Below, piece by piece: positions 1 to 10,407 of a DNA stretch of 64,000 nucleotides. The DNA comes from Algibacter aquimarinus (GTDB lineage Bacteria > Bacteroidota > Bacteroidia > Flavobacteriales > Flavobacteriaceae), in the NCBI RefSeq assembly GCF_039543265.1, contig NZ_BAABJK010000004.1, positions 1,030,003 through 1,094,002 on the forward strand, given 5' to 3'. Every line of letters begins with the position of its first letter. The stretch's first letter is position 1. The position numbers and the translations under genes were made by a program. Under the pieces are notes generated by a model that saw only the letters and a list, made by a program, of their open reading frames with translations, was not told where the DNA came from and made no database searches.

Positions 1-437
1 TAGTTACTTTTTTATCTATATGCAATAAAGCATTTAAAGTTCCAACTTGAAACTCCATATAATCATTTCCTGTTATGGCTGCTGCAAAAGATGTTTCATC
101 TGCTCCCGTAAAAAAATAGTTATTTGCTCTTGATGTATCAACAATTCCGGCACCAAAAGTAGGAGATGCATAAGAAGTAGTATTTGGGTCGTCGTATAAT
201 GATGTTGATAAATTATGATAATCATTATTACCATCCCATACTAAACGATAATCTTCATCATCTCTAGAATAGTAAATACATCCTGCAGACTCTTCAGTAT
301 CTAAAATACCATCATTATCACTATCAAAATCAGATGAATTTACTACCAAATCACCATCGGTGTCTTGGGCATACATATTACTTGAGGCTAAAAGTATAAC
401 TACAAATAAAAAGCTTAAACGTAGAAATTTCTTCATA
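1..437 (-). CDS. Secreted protein, N-terminal part only (gene continues past the window edge). Signal peptide followed by Asp-rich calcium-binding (thrombospondin type-3-like) motifs.
   Basis: Minus-strand ATG at 437-435 gives MKKFLRLSFLFVVILLASSNMYAQDTDGDLVVNSSDFDSDNDGILDTEE... The frame stays open to position 1. DxDxDGxxD-type motifs follow a hydrophobic signal. Absent from the ORF track because there is no stop inside the window. Confidence 0.45.
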
Positions 438-867
438 GGTTAAAATTTTATAGTTTGGGACTAATTAAATTTTTTAACTACTTAACTAATTTCTAGAACA
501 ATGGATTGTAATAAATCTTTGAGGGAAGATGTTTTGATTCTCGAGAACTGTAATCGCCTCGAAATCATTTATGTATACAAAATTAAATCATAATACACTT
601 TATTTTTAAATATGTACTCTTTTTCGACAAAACAAGCAAAACACCAGTGCAATCAACCTATTACGGCATGAAATACACAAAAAACAGTTGAATTACATAT
701 TTGTATTTCAAATTAAAAACTGTTAAACTATTAATGATTAACTGTTTAAATACAGGCAATATTAATTTAAAAAATCGATAAAACCTAATAAAAATCAGAT
801 AAAATGATATTTTTTATCGATGAAATACATTTTGTAGAAAAATTTAGATTTTATTAAAAACTAAAGT

Positions 868-2226
868 CTATGTTAAAATGGCTACTAAATCTTCAATTTT
901 GGATATAAGCTGAATTTTGATAGTAGTATTTTTAAGTGAAATTTTATTGTATTTGGATACAAAAATTGTTGAAAACCCAAGTTTTTCAGCCTCTAAAATA
1001 CGTTGCTCAACCCTTTGAACAGGGCGTATTTCTCCAGACAATCCTACCTCAGCGGCAAAACAAAAATCTTTTTGTAAAGCAAAATCTTCATTTGAAGATA
1101 AAATGGATGCAACAACAGCTAAATCAATAGCTGGGTCATCTACTGTAATACCTCCAGTTATATTTAGAAACACATCTTTAGCACCTAGTCTAAATCCTGC
1201 ACGTTTTTCTAAAACAGCCAAAAGCATATTAAGCCTTTTAGCGTTAAAACCTGTAGCGCTTCGTTGTGGTGTTCCATAAACTGCAGTACTTACTAAGGCT
1301 TGAACTTCAATCATTAATGGACGCATACCTTCTAAAGTAGCTGCTATAGCATTACCTGAAAGCTCTTCATCTTTTTTAGAAATTAAAATCTCTGAGGGAT
1401 TAGAAACCTCTCGTAAACCCGAACCTTGCATTTCGTAAATTCCTAATTCATTTGTTGAACCAAAACGGTTTTTATGAGCACGTAAAATTCTAAATACATG
1501 GTTTCGGTCGCCTTCAAACTGCAAAACCGTATCAACCATATGCTCTAATATTTTAGGTCCAGCAATATTACCGTCTTTGGTAATATGACCAATTAACAAA
1601 ACTGGTGTAGCGGTTTCCTTTGCAAATTTTATGAGCTCTGTTGTACACTCTTTGATTTGTGATATACTTCCTGAAGACGATTCAATATAATCACTGTGTA
1701 ATGTTTGAATGGAGTCTATAACCACAATATCAGGCTCTAAAGACTCAATTTGTTTAAATATATTTTGAGTTTTAGTTTCTGTTAAAATGTAACAATTATT
1801 ATTATCTGAATTAATGCGTTCTGCACGCATTCTTATTTGTTTCTGACTTTCTTCTCCAGAAACATAAAGCGTTTTATAAGGTAATTTTAACGAAATTTGA
1901 AGTAGTAAAGTACTTTTTCCTATTCCAGGTTCGCCGCCTAATAGTGTTAAAGATCCTGGTACAATTCCGCCTCCTAAAACACGATTAAACTCACCATCAA
2001 AAGTATTTAAACGAGGTTCTTTTGCAACATCAATATCTTTTATTCTTAATGGTACAGAAGCTCTTTTTACTGAAGCAGTTGGTGTTTTCCAGTCGCTTTT
2101 TTCTTGTTTTTGAATAATTTCTTCAACAATCGTATTCCATTCTTTACAGGCGTTACATTGCCCTTGCCATTTAGCAAATTGAGTGCCGCAGTTCTGACAA
2201 AAAAAAGTAGTTTTTACTTTTGCCAT
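868..2226 (-). CDS. radA: DNA repair protein RadA/Sms
   Basis: N-terminal C4 zinc finger (CQNCGTQFAKWQGQCNACKEWNT), RecA-like Walker A (GEPGIGKSTLLLQ), KNRFG motif and a C-terminal Lon-protease-like domain; 452 aa. Confidence 0.93.
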   Translation of the reverse strand: MAKVKTTFFCQNCGTQFAKWQGQCNACKEWNTIVEEIIQKQEKSDWKTPTASVKRASVPLRIKDIDVAKEPRLNTFDGEFNRVLGGGIVPGSLTLLGGEPGIGKSTLLLQISLKLPYKTLYVSGEESQKQIRMRAERINSDNNNCYILTETKTQNIFKQIESLEPDIVVIDSIQTLHSDYIESSSGSISQIKECTTELIKFAKETATPVLLIGHITKDGNIAGPKILEHMVDTVLQFEGDRNHVFRILRAHKNRFGSTNELGIYEMQGSGLREVSNPSEILISKKDEELSGNAIAATLEGMRPLMIEVQALVSTAVYGTPQRSATGFNAKRLNMLLAVLEKRAGFRLGAKDVFLNITGGITVDDPAIDLAVVASILSSNEDFALQKDFCFAAEVGLSGEIRPVQRVEQRILEAEKLGFSTIFVSKYNKISLKNTTIKIQLISKIEDLVAILT

Positions 2227-3377
2227 TAATACCCAAAATCTTCTTTAATTAAATCGGCTTTTTCTAAAACTAAGTCTTTAGTAATACCTGCTATTTCCTT
2301 TAAAGTATATGCCGATTGGTAAGTTCTCATAGCTTTTTTAGGCTCTCCAGTTTCTTCGTAAAAACGTGCTATATAGTAAAGCCCTAATAGTGTTTCTGGG
2401 TACTGCTTTCTTGCTATCTTCCCAAGGTGCTCATAATATTCAAAAGCTTCATTTTTTTCTATGGCTGCAGAAATGGCTTTAAAATCGTTTATTAAAATCT
2501 GTTTATCAATACCGAATAAATCATAAATAGTTTGATACTTTTCTTCAAGATAAACCACTGGAGAAATCTCTAATTCTAATATAGTTTCTTTGTATTCTTT
2601 TTTTGATATTGGTTGAAATACTTGAAAAATACCTTCTATAGCATTAGGTATTGCATGTGTGGGTACTGAGTAATGCGAAGGCCCTTCAAAACTATCGAAA
2701 TCGTAAAATAAATTTTCGTTTTCTATACTAGACGCATCTGCATTTAAAGCAGTTGTCATCTTTTTAATTGATGATGGATCGTTATTAGTATTTGCTAGAT
2801 AATAGAAGAGCTTAGATTGCGTGTTGGTAAGTTGTTCGGGAATATAATCTAACATATTTGGTGCTAATTCTGGACTTATAACCACATAGCTTTTAAACAA
2901 TGGATTTGATTTTAACATAAAATAATTTATGAAATTTGCTGTTTCACCATGCCCAACTGCAACTCTAAAATCAACAGTTCTGTAAGTTCTTTCTAAATAC
3001 GGAATAAGCTCCATACCAATAAACTCGAAAAATGCCGCACCAGTTTCGATTGGCAAAGAATTTTGCTCTGAATACATACAATCGTCAAACCTAGTATCAA
3101 TTTGATTAATGCCAACTACAATAGATTCTGGCATGTCTTCCCAATACGAGTAGTAATCAACATTTCCAGCAACGGCCTCAAATAAATAATCGCCATCAAA
3201 AACTATAAAAAGTGGGTAACTTTTATCCTCATTAGTATTATAACCTCTTGGTAATTGTATTTTAATTTGCCGTTCTTCACCAAGTTTTGAGGATTGAATA
3301 GTTTCATATTTAACTTGAGCTTGAAATATGCTTGTAGCCAAGAAAAACAATATTAAAAAAACGATTGGTTTCTTCAT
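2226..3377 (-). CDS. Secreted alpha/beta-hydrolase, putative esterase family (enterochelin-esterase-like), with a C-terminal helical/TPR-like region
   Basis: Signal peptide, then YPLFIVFDGDYLF and a GHGETANF-type block typical of the 'putative esterase' fold; 383 aa. Confidence 0.5.
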   Translation of the reverse strand: MKKPIVFLILFFLATSIFQAQVKYETIQSSKLGEERQIKIQLPRGYNTNEDKSYPLFIVFDGDYLFEAVAGNVDYYSYWEDMPESIVVGINQIDTRFDDCMYSEQNSLPIETGAAFFEFIGMELIPYLERTYRTVDFRVAVGHGETANFINYFMLKSNPLFKSYVVISPELAPNMLDYIPEQLTNTQSKLFYYLANTNNDPSSIKKMTTALNADASSIENENLFYDFDSFEGPSHYSVPTHAIPNAIEGIFQVFQPISKKEYKETILELEISPVVYLEEKYQTIYDLFGIDKQILINDFKAISAAIEKNEAFEYYEHLGKIARKQYPETLLGLYYIARFYEETGEPKKAMRTYQSAYTLKEIAGITKDLVLEKADLIKEDFGY

Positions 3378-3463
3378 TTTAAATTGATTTGAGATTTAAT
3401 AATGGCAAGTTAATAAATTAACACACACATAAAAAGCAAAGTTTAAGATGCTATTAAAAACTT

Positions 3464-4423
3464 TTAAACCGTTTTCTTACGATTAAAAATAGGTAGATAG
3501 ATAAGAGATAAACCTCCTAAAATTATTATCATAATAGTCTGAGATGACCACATAATCCAACCAAAAGCGCGACTTGGGTCTTCCGGCAAATTAAATAGTG
3601 TAAATGCCAAAACAATAGCTTCAGGGTACGATCCTATACCTCCATTTGTTGCTGCAATACTAAAACTAGCTGCGATAAAGCCTATTAAAATGGCTGCAAA
3701 AGGAATATTTTGAGTTTGAGGTAATGAAAAAGAGGTTACGTAAAACATAAGCACATACATTGACCATATAAACAACGTATGAAAAATAAATGCCCATTTC
3801 TTTTTCATTTTAAAAATACTCAGTGCCCCTTCTACTAATCCGCTTATAAAAGTTTTTATTTTTAATGCTAATTTTGATTTCCCTTTTTTTATAAAACGAA
3901 TAGTAACAATTATTAAAACTATTGCTATTAGAGCTGCAATGATGAGTTTTGTTGGATTAAATTTTTCAATTAAAAAACCATAAATAAAATCGAATTGAAG
4001 AAAGAGTGTAACAGTTATAATACCTAGCATCACTATTAAATCTGCAATTCTTTCGGCTACAATTGTACCAATACCTTTCTCAAAAGGTACGTCTTCATAA
4101 TTTGTTAGTATTGATGCTCTTGCAACTTCACCTGCCCTAGGAATTGTGTAATTTATTAAATAGGTTGCAAATACAGCCATAATGCTGTTTCCCAGTTTAA
4201 TATTATAGCCCATAGGCTCTAACTGAAAGCGCCAACGATATGCACGAGATAAATGACTTAAAAGGCCTAAAAATATTCCTAGTACAATCCAAGTATAGTC
4301 TGCTTTTTTAAAATATTCTAATAACTCATCAATAGAAATTTGTGACAGTGAATACCAGACCAAAAAAACTCCCAATAATAATGGGAGTGAAATTTTTAAT
4401 ATCTGTTTTGTATTTAGTTTCAA
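3464..4423 (-). CDS. Polytopic membrane protein of the lysylphosphatidylglycerol-synthase TM-domain / UPF0104 (flippase-like) family
   Basis: About 8 predicted TM helices; length and position next to panD match the conserved flavobacterial arrangement. The family assignment is from memory, not from a search. Confidence 0.4.
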   Translation of the reverse strand: MKLNTKQILKISLPLLLGVFLVWYSLSQISIDELLEYFKKADYTWIVLGIFLGLLSHLSRAYRWRFQLEPMGYNIKLGNSIMAVFATYLINYTIPRAGEVARASILTNYEDVPFEKGIGTIVAERIADLIVMLGIITVTLFLQFDFIYGFLIEKFNPTKLIIAALIAIVLIIVTIRFIKKGKSKLALKIKTFISGLVEGALSIFKMKKKWAFIFHTLFIWSMYVLMFYVTSFSLPQTQNIPFAAILIGFIAASFSIAATNGGIGSYPEAIVLAFTLFNLPEDPSRAFGWIMWSSQTIMIIILGGLSLIYLPIFNRKKTV

Positions 4424-4427
4424 AAGT

Positions 4428-4778
4428 CTATTTTAATAGATTAGTGGCCTCATCTGGAAACACCAAAGATGGTTTGAAAACTTTAGCGTCTTCTATATCC
4501 ATAAACGCATAAGTAATTAAAATAAGTGTATCGCCAACTGAAACTTTTCTTGCTGCTGCTCCGTTTAATGTTATTTCTCCACTTTTTCGTGGTCCGGGAA
4601 TACAATACGTTTCTAAACGTTCACCGTTATCATTATTTACAATCTGAACTTTTTCACCTTGTATAATGTTGGCAGCTTCCATTAAATCTTCGTCTATGGT
4701 TATACTTCCAATATAATTGAGTTCTGCACCTGTGCATTTTACTCTATGAATTTTCGATTTTACAACTTGAATTTGCAT
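4428..4778 (-). CDS. panD: Aspartate 1-decarboxylase (pyruvoyl-dependent)
   Basis: [38 protein letters not shown]...; the GS site for self-processing is conserved; 116 aa. Confidence 0.92.
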   Translation of the reverse strand: MQIQVVKSKIHRVKCTGAELNYIGSITIDEDLMEAANIIQGEKVQIVNNDNGERLETYCIPGPRKSGEITLNGAAARKVSVGDTLILITYAFMDIEDAKVFKPSLVFPDEATNLLK

Positions 4779-4791
4779 GCGGCAAAGATAA

Positions 4792-5643
4792 TTAATTTAG
4801 TGCGATATTATCAATAAGTCTAATATCATCTGCATATACAGCAATAAAGCCTCTGTATGCTTTTTTGTTTGATTTTCGTTTAACAGGTTTTAAGGTTTTA
4901 GCATCTGCTACAATAAAATATTCTAACTCTAATAGATGGTGTTTAGCAAACTGTTTCTCAACCCATTCCGTAATTTTATTAGCACTTTTTGTGCCAAATT
5001 TTACTTTGGCAGTTTTTAAAGTTTCATAGATAAAAGGCGCTGCTTCTTTATATTCTGGTTTTAAACGTGTATTACGAGAACTCATAGCTAGACCAGTGGT
5101 TTCACGATGAATTTTACAACCTACAACAACAACTGGAATATTATGCTTTTCAACCAACTTTTTTATTATAGCTAATTGCTGATAATCTTTTTCACCAAAA
5201 TAAGCTTTGTGAGGTTTTACAATTTCAAAAAAACGTTTCACTATAGTACCAACACCATCAAAATGTCCGTGACGAAATTTGCCTTCCATTTCAAATTCTA
5301 AACCGTCAAAATCGAAAGATTCTGAAACGGTTTTACCTTCATAAATATCATCAACAGTAGGCGCATAAACCAAAATATTATTTGCACTAACTGTTTTTAA
5401 TAATTCTATATCACGTTCAAGTGTTCTTGGGTATTTTATAAGGTCATTTTTATTATCAAACTGCGTTGGGTTTACAAAAATACTAACAACAACTTTATCG
5501 TTTTCACTAAGTGCTCTTTTAACAAGTTGCAAATGGCCTCTGTGTAATGCACCCATGGTAGGAACCAAGCCTAATGTTTGCTTTTTCGATTTAAGATTAC
5601 CGATTGCATCTATAATTTGTTGTTTTTCTGAGTAAACTTCCAC
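4792..5643 (-). CDS. panC: Pantoate--beta-alanine ligase
   Basis: [18 protein letters not shown]-type motif; 283 aa; sits with panD as an operon. Confidence 0.92.
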   Translation of the reverse strand: MEVYSEKQQIIDAIGNLKSKKQTLGLVPTMGALHRGHLQLVKRALSENDKVVVSIFVNPTQFDNKNDLIKYPRTLERDIELLKTVSANNILVYAPTVDDIYEGKTVSESFDFDGLEFEMEGKFRHGHFDGVGTIVKRFFEIVKPHKAYFGEKDYQQLAIIKKLVEKHNIPVVVVGCKIHRETTGLAMSSRNTRLKPEYKEAAPFIYETLKTAKVKFGTKSANKITEWVEKQFAKHHLLELEYFIVADAKTLKPVKRKSNKKAYRGFIAVYADDIRLIDNIALN

Positions 5644-5840
5644 TTTTTAATAAAAAATTAACGCGTGCAAACTTAAGATTTTACAGTGAATCTGCATAAA
5701 TTTTTGTACTTTTGCGTGTTTTTTATTTTGATTTAGTCAAATGATTAAGCATTTTAAATAACAACCTTAATATTTATTTTCTCCCTGTAAAATAAATTAT
5801 TACATATTATACATGACTCTAAGTCAACAAAAACAAACAT

Positions 5841-6650
5841 ATGAAAGATAAGAGGATATTATACGTATCATCTGAAGTAGTTCCTTATTTACCAGAAACA
5901 GAAATTTCATCCATGTCCTTTGAAGCACCAAGATTGGTAAATCAACAAGGTGGTCAAATAAGAATCTTCATGCCTAGATACGGGAATATTAATGAACGTA
6001 GACATCAATTACATGAAGTTATAAGGCTTTCTGGTATTAATCTAGTGATTAACGATTTAGACATGCCGTTAATTATTAAAGTAGCTTCAATTCCAAAAGA
6101 AAGAATTCAAGTATATTTTATAGATAACGATGAATATTTTAAAAGAAAAGCGACTTTAACCGATGAAGCTGGTGAGCTGTTTTCTGATAACGATGAACGT
6201 GCTATTTTTTTTGCAAAAGGTGTTATAGAGACAGTTAAGAAGTTAAATTGGTCTCCAGACGTTATACATGTTCATGGCTGGTTAGCATCGTTATTACCTG
6301 TTTACTTAAAAGAATACTATAAAGACGAACCTTTATTTAACGAAAGTAAAATAGTAACCTCTATTTACAATCAAAGTTTTAACAATACGTTAAATAAAGA
6401 TATGATTAATAAGGTTAAATTTGACAATATAAATGATGAAGCTATTAGTAAGCTTGAAGAACCATCATACAATAACCTTATGAAAGTGGCTATAGATTAT
6501 TCAGACGCATTAATTGTAGGCTCTGAAGACATTAAAGATGAACTTAATGATTACATGAAATCATCTGACAAGCCCGTTTTAGAATACAAAAGCAAAGATG
6601 AATTTGGTGAAGCTTATACAGAATTTATTAATTCTACCGTTTTAAGCTAA
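5841..6650 (+). CDS. Short glycogen/starch-synthase-like protein (glycosyltransferase family 5 N-terminal domain only)
   Basis: ILYVSSEVVPYLPET...QGGQIRIFMPRYG resembles the GlgA N-terminus. A ~270-aa stand-alone form is typical of Flavobacteriia, divergent from panC. Confidence 0.5.
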   Translation: MKDKRILYVSSEVVPYLPETEISSMSFEAPRLVNQQGGQIRIFMPRYGNINERRHQLHEVIRLSGINLVINDLDMPLIIKVASIPKERIQVYFIDNDEYFKRKATLTDEAGELFSDNDERAIFFAKGVIETVKKLNWSPDVIHVHGWLASLLPVYLKEYYKDEPLFNESKIVTSIYNQSFNNTLNKDMINKVKFDNINDEAISKLEEPSYNNLMKVAIDYSDALIVGSEDIKDELNDYMKSSDKPVLEYKSKDEFGEAYTEFINSTVLS

Positions 6651-6672
6651 ACTTAGTATTCATTAATTATTT

Positions 6673-8361
6673 ATGAAAAAGACAATTAACGCCCTTAAAT
6701 TTCCTTGCATCTTTTTATTAATGATTATTTCTTTTATTGCTTGCGATAAAGAATTTAGTGAAATAGATAGTGATGTTTTAGGAAAAGATAATTCTAATTT
6801 TGATACTAATAACAACGATTTTCCTATTGTTTCATACAACAAAAAGTTAGATTCACTTCAAATAAATGGACTAGCATCAAATTTACTAGGTGTTTTTAAC
6901 GATCCTGCATATGGAAAAACTACAGCTAGTATAGTTACACAAATTACACCTACTACTTTTGATCCAAGTTTTGGAACTAATGCTGTAATAGATTCTGTTG
7001 TTTTAAGAATACCATATTTTAGCAGAATTGCCAGTATTGAAGGCGAGGTTACAACATATACTATTCAAGATTCTCTATATGGTGAAAATCAAGAAGGGAA
7101 TATTGATCCAATAAAGTTATCTATTTATCAAAATAATTATTTCCTAAGAGATTTCGATCCTTTTAATGTTGGTGATAACAATTTTCAAAATTATTTTTCT
7201 AATGCCGACTTTGCAGTAAACGGCGGTGCCAATAGAGTTCTTAACGGAACAAGTGTGATAGATTTTGAAACTCAAAAAGGGCAGTTAATATATGAAGATA
7301 TTAATTTCGAACCAAGTGCAGAAGCCATAAGACTAGACGAAACTGTTGATGGTACTGTTGTTTCACAATTTATTGCCCCAGCACTAAGAATTAACATGGA
7401 CACTGCATTTTGGACATCAATGATTTTTGATGAATATACTGTAAACCCCACTATACTAAGTAACACAAATAATTTTAGAAATTATTTTAGAGGTCTTTTT
7501 ATAAAAGCAGAAGCTATTAATGATAGTGGAAGTATGGTTTTGTTAAATTTAGCATCTCAAGAATCAAGTATTATTATATATTATTCAAGAGATTCCAGTA
7601 TTGCCGGAGAAAGAACTCAATCAACATATACGTTCAATTTTACTGGCAATAGACTTAACACTTTTGTAAATGAACTTAACTCTGGAATAAATTTAACAAA
7701 TGGAGATAGAGTAAATGGAGATGAAAAGCTTTATTTAAAAGGAGGAAACTCTATGGCAGTTGTTGATTTATTTGGAACAGACGAACTTCAAGATTTTATT
7801 GATGAGTATCGAATTTCTGATGGAAATGGAGGTTATTTAAAAGAAAATGGAACAGGAGATTTCCTTCTCAAAAAACTTATTAATGAAGCCCAACTTATCA
7901 TTTATGAAGATGAAATCATGCAAACATTTCCTGAAGACCAAAACGGAAATGATTACAGCGCTTTTGATAGAATATACGTATACGATGCTACAAACAATGG
8001 CCCTACAATTGATTATTTTTTAGACCCCACAGAAAACACAACGCAATCATTCAATTCTAGAATAATAAGTTTAGGACAGCGTTTTGAAGATGACAATGGA
8101 GGTTTTAAATACAAAATAAGACTTACAGAACATTTAAATAATATTTTACAAAAAGATTCTACTAATACTAGACTAGGCCTGGTACTATCAACCAATGTAA
8201 ATTACAACAATAATGCTGAAATTTTAAATAGTGATGACACGATAGATGGTATACCTGCAGCTTCATTGTTAACTCCAAGAGGAACAATCCTATATGGCTC
8301 AAATACTACAGACCAAAAAAAGATGACTTTAAAAATTTACTCTACAGAACCTCGTAACTAA
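6673..8361 (+). CDS. DUF4270-family lipoprotein
   Basis: Lipoprotein signal (…ISFIACDKEF). Asn/Thr-rich and 562 aa. Its position between the glycogen-synthase-like gene and glmS is conserved in Flavobacteriaceae; assignment from memory. Confidence 0.45.
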   Translation: MKKTINALKFPCIFLLMIISFIACDKEFSEIDSDVLGKDNSNFDTNNNDFPIVSYNKKLDSLQINGLASNLLGVFNDPAYGKTTASIVTQITPTTFDPSFGTNAVIDSVVLRIPYFSRIASIEGEVTTYTIQDSLYGENQEGNIDPIKLSIYQNNYFLRDFDPFNVGDNNFQNYFSNADFAVNGGANRVLNGTSVIDFETQKGQLIYEDINFEPSAEAIRLDETVDGTVVSQFIAPALRINMDTAFWTSMIFDEYTVNPTILSNTNNFRNYFRGLFIKAEAINDSGSMVLLNLASQESSIIIYYSRDSSIAGERTQSTYTFNFTGNRLNTFVNELNSGINLTNGDRVNGDEKLYLKGGNSMAVVDLFGTDELQDFIDEYRISDGNGGYLKENGTGDFLLKKLINEAQLIIYEDEIMQTFPEDQNGNDYSAFDRIYVYDATNNGPTIDYFLDPTENTTQSFNSRIISLGQRFEDDNGGFKYKIRLTEHLNNILQKDSTNTRLGLVLSTNVNYNNNAEILNSDDTIDGIPAASLLTPRGTILYGSNTTDQKKMTLKIYSTEPRN

Positions 8362-8372
8362 AAACTAAATTT

Positions 8373-10226
8373 ATGTGCGGAATTGTTGGCTATATTGGAT
8401 ATAGAGAAGCTTATCCTATAATAATAGAAGGATTAAAACGTCTAGAATATAGAGGTTACGATAGTGCAGGAATTGCACTTTTTGATGGTTCTGATCTAAA
8501 AGTTTCCAAAACTAAAGGTAAAGTAGCCGATTTAGAAACCCGTTCTCAAGAAGAAAACACTAAAAATGGAAGTGTAGGCATTGGTCATACACGTTGGGCA
8601 ACTCATGGTGTACCTAATGATGTTAACTCACATCCACATCTTTCTAATTCCGGAGAACTCGTAATCATTCATAATGGTATTATCGAGAATTATGAGTCTC
8701 TGAAACAAGAACTAGTTACCAGAGGATATGTTTTTAAATCTGATACAGATACTGAAGTTCTTATCAATTTAATAGAAGATGTCAAAAAAAAGGAAAAAGT
8801 TAAACTTGGTAAAGCTGTACAAATAGCTTTAAATCAAGTTATTGGAGCTTATGCTATTGCAGTTTTCGATAAGAATAAACCTGAAGAAGTAGTAGTTGCT
8901 CGCTTAGGAAGTCCTTTAGCTATAGGTATTGGTAATAATGAAGATGAATTTTTTATTGCAAGTGATGCATCCCCTTTTTTAGAATACACTAAAAATGCTA
9001 TTTATTTAGAAGATGAAGAAATGGCTATAATTAGATCTAAAAAAGGTATCAAAATTAGAAAAATAAAGGATGACTCTTTAGTTGATAATTATGTTCAAGA
9101 ACTTCAAATAAATTTAGAACAAATTGAAAAAGGTGGCTATGACCACTTTATGCTCAAAGAAATCCATGAGCAACCAAAAGCCATAAGGGACACATACAGA
9201 GGAAGATTATTAAGAAATGAGGCCATTATTAAAATGGCTGGCGTTGAGGATAACATGAAGAAATTCCTAAACGCCAACCGTATTATAATAGTTGCTTGTG
9301 GAACTTCTTGGCATGCTGGATTAGTAGCCGAATACATTTTTGAAGACTTAGCAAGAATACCTGTTGAAGTTGAGTACGCCTCTGAATTTAGATATAGAAA
9401 CCCGGTAATAACGGAGAATGATGTGTTGATTGCCATTTCACAATCGGGCGAAACAGCTGACACATTAGCAGCTATTAAACTAGCAAAATCTAAAGGAGCA
9501 TTCGTTTTTGGTGTCTGTAATGTTGTAGGATCTTCAATTGCAAGAGAATCTGATGCTGGTGCTTACACACATGCGGGTCCAGAAATAGGTGTAGCCTCAA
9601 CAAAAGCATTTACTACTCAAATTACAGTTCTTTCTTTAATAGCATTAAGACTATCAAGAGCCAAAGGAACCATTAGTAGTTCCGATTTTCGTCATCACCT
9701 ACTAGAATTAGAAATGATTCCAAAAAAAGTAGAGCAAGCTTTAAAATCTGACGCACATATTAAAAAGATTGCAGACATCTATAAAAACGTAAGTAATTTT
9801 CTTTATTTGGGGAGAGGTTATAATTTTCCTGTTGCTTTAGAAGGTGCTCTAAAATTAAAAGAAATTTCATATATCCACGCAGAGGGTTATCCAGCTGCAG
9901 AAATGAAACATGGCCCTATAGCCTTGATTGACGAGAATATGCCTATTGTAGTAATTGCCACCAAAAAAGGCCATTATGAAAAAGTAGTAAGTAATATTCA
10001 AGAAATTAAATCTAGAAAAGGAAAAATTATAGGCATTGTTACAGAAGGAGACATTCAGGTAAGAGATTTAGCAGATCATGTTATTGAAGTTCCTGAAAGT
10101 TTAGATTCGCTTTCTCCTTTGTTAACTACAATTCCACTTCAATTATTATCTTATCATATTGCTGTCTTATTAAATAAAAATGTAGATCAACCAAGAAATT
10201 TGGCAAAATCTGTTACTGTAGAATAG
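8373..10226 (+). CDS. glmS: Glutamine--fructose-6-phosphate aminotransferase (isomerising)
   Basis: Starts MCGIVGYIG (Ntn Cys). Two SIS domains and the C-terminal ...KSVTVE; 617 aa. Confidence 0.95.
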   Translation: MCGIVGYIGYREAYPIIIEGLKRLEYRGYDSAGIALFDGSDLKVSKTKGKVADLETRSQEENTKNGSVGIGHTRWATHGVPNDVNSHPHLSNSGELVIIHNGIIENYESLKQELVTRGYVFKSDTDTEVLINLIEDVKKKEKVKLGKAVQIALNQVIGAYAIAVFDKNKPEEVVVARLGSPLAIGIGNNEDEFFIASDASPFLEYTKNAIYLEDEEMAIIRSKKGIKIRKIKDDSLVDNYVQELQINLEQIEKGGYDHFMLKEIHEQPKAIRDTYRGRLLRNEAIIKMAGVEDNMKKFLNANRIIIVACGTSWHAGLVAEYIFEDLARIPVEVEYASEFRYRNPVITENDVLIAISQSGETADTLAAIKLAKSKGAFVFGVCNVVGSSIARESDAGAYTHAGPEIGVASTKAFTTQITVLSLIALRLSRAKGTISSSDFRHHLLELEMIPKKVEQALKSDAHIKKIADIYKNVSNFLYLGRGYNFPVALEGALKLKEISYIHAEGYPAAEMKHGPIALIDENMPIVVIATKKGHYEKVVSNIQEIKSRKGKIIGIVTEGDIQVRDLADHVIEVPESLDSLSPLLTTIPLQLLSYHIAVLLNKNVDQPRNLAKSVTVE

Positions 10227-10407
10227 ATTAAAAGAAGAATAACTCTAAATGTAATTTTGCTAATTTTTAGTACTTATTTTATCAAAAACACAATAAAACA
10301 TCCTCTTTTTTGTTAAAAATTACTATGCGCGCATAATTTTTTTATATTTTTATGCACTAGTAATATTTTATATACATATATTGCTATTCTAAAACTAATT
10401 CAAATAG

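Noticed and set aside
936-1130. Short ORFs on the strand opposite to long, confidently assigned genes (e.g. 936-1130, 7272-7466, 8013-8195, 9137-9463, 11308-11601, 13320-13598, 15530-15757)
   Set aside because: These are shadow ORFs fully embedded in radA, DUF4270, glmS, the TonB-receptor and atpD coding regions. They have no independent start context and their composition looks like translated antisense.
8362-8372. Checked for a glmS ribozyme or riboswitch upstream of glmS
   Set aside because: Only 11 nt separate glmS from the upstream gene. The glmS ribozyme is a Firmicutes feature and cannot fit here.
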